Assembly (NCBI GenBank): GCA_030704615.1 | Contig: CM060733.1 | Location: 32,054,001-32,118,000 of the forward strand | Source of the DNA: Takakia lepidozioides | Lineage: Eukaryota; Plantae; Bryophyta | Length of the DNA stretch: 64,000 nucleotides | Reading direction: 5' to 3' | Shown: piece by piece, positions 63,075 through 64,000 of the stretch | Layout of the letters: every line of letters begins with the position of its first letter | How positions within the stretch are numbered: position 1 is the first letter of the stretch | Translations under genes and position numbers: made by a program | Notes under the pieces: generated by a model | Seen by the model: only the letters and a program-made list of their open reading frames with translations | What the model was told of the DNA's origin: nothing | Databases searched by the model: none

Positions 63075-63960
63075 GATTTCGGAGCCGAAATCCGGATGAC
63101 AGTAACCCTGAATGGACAGTAGTGATGAATTTCGGCGCCGAAATTCATCATTCGCATGAAAAAAATAGTATTGGAGAGAGGACGGTGGATGAATTTCGGC
63201 GCCGAAATTCATTCTTCTTCTACTTTTTCGAAAGTCTTTTGTTGTCCTGCCAATGAATTTATGCGCCAAAATTCATCCGAAGTCCTCCCTCCATTATTTT
63301 TTTTCCATGCGAACGATTAATTTCGGCGCCGAAAATTCATCCAAAGTCCTCCTTCCAATAATTTTTTTTCTTTGCGAGCGATGAATTTTGGCGCCGAAAT
63401 TCATCCGAAGTCCTCCCTCCATTTTATTTTTCCTTGCGAGCAATGAATTTCGGCGCCGAAATTCATCCGAACCCGACACTTACTTCTTGCTTCTGGATGA
63501 TGTAAGGTTCCGAAATTCGGATGAAATAACCCATTCAGATAGAGAAAACACGAATATTCTGCATTAAATGGAGAAATCGACATATTTAACCCTTTGTCTT
63601 CCAAAAGGCTGTTATCCAATGACGTAAGGGGATATTTTCTCAAGTTAGGGGAAAATTAGTTGCATTTTAGCCGTTGTTTTCATTTGAAACCGATCGTATC
63701 CATTAAGTGGCGTTTTTCGTACATGAGGTTGCCGCAAATAAAATATAATTTCGGCGCCGAAATTATACTTAACAGTCCAGACATGGCAAGTCCAACAGGC
63801 ATGGACAGCAACCGTGAGGGGCACTGATGGCAGGAAAACGTGGCATGGTGCCGGTTTACTGTTCAGGCTGGATGTATTTCGGCGCCGAAATATGGATGAT
63901 TTCACCTCGTTTAAGCGCGGACGGAGATATTCTTAATGAATTTCGGCGCCGAAATATGGA
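63075..63960. repeat. Array of about 10 palindromes (GATGAA)TTTCGGCGCCGAAA(TTCATC), probably DNA-transposon subterminal repeats
   Basis: About 63-bp spacing from 63125 to 63465; spacers resemble each other in direct and inverted orientation. Confidence 0.8.
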
Positions 63961-64000
63961 TGAAATGTGCCCAAGTGCTACGTTCTGCATTGTTCCGGAT

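Noticed and set aside
63075-63960. CRISPR-like regularly spaced palindromes
   Set aside because: Spacers are copies of one another, not unique sequences

Overview
TE-dense window from a eukaryote, most likely a non-seed land plant or streptophyte (inferred from intron-containing plant-type TAF10, TruA and PHI-1 sequences). The main object is an 18.6-kb Ty3/gypsy-type retrotransposon (7787-26381, minus strand, 4-bp TSD AGGC). Its Pol carries a complete DNMT3-like C5-cytosine methyltransferase between protease and RT, and a PHD finger after the DDE integrase. Its ends are not two ordinary LTRs but split direct repeats (sense order B...A-gc-B-A), which look like a 2-LTR circle opened at an internal palindrome (GACAGCTGTC). 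It has a putative self-priming PBS and carries captured host mRNA fragments (TruA, ADP/ATP carrier, PHI-1/EXO). It sits inside a CACTA element and itself contains a young chromovirus with apparently identical LTRs (15554-22524). Further right are: an IS3EU-like transposase next to a divergent HECT E3 ligase pseudogene, TAF10, a near full-length L1 with a clean internal 2-kb inversion, a MULE-like transposase next to an intron-containing beta-class amino (N4C/N6A-type) DNA methyltransferase-like gene, a bacterial-type cupin, a putative plastid membrane protein gene, a coiled-coil gene, and palindromic repeat arrays. All family assignments come from motif recognition by eye; no database search was run.
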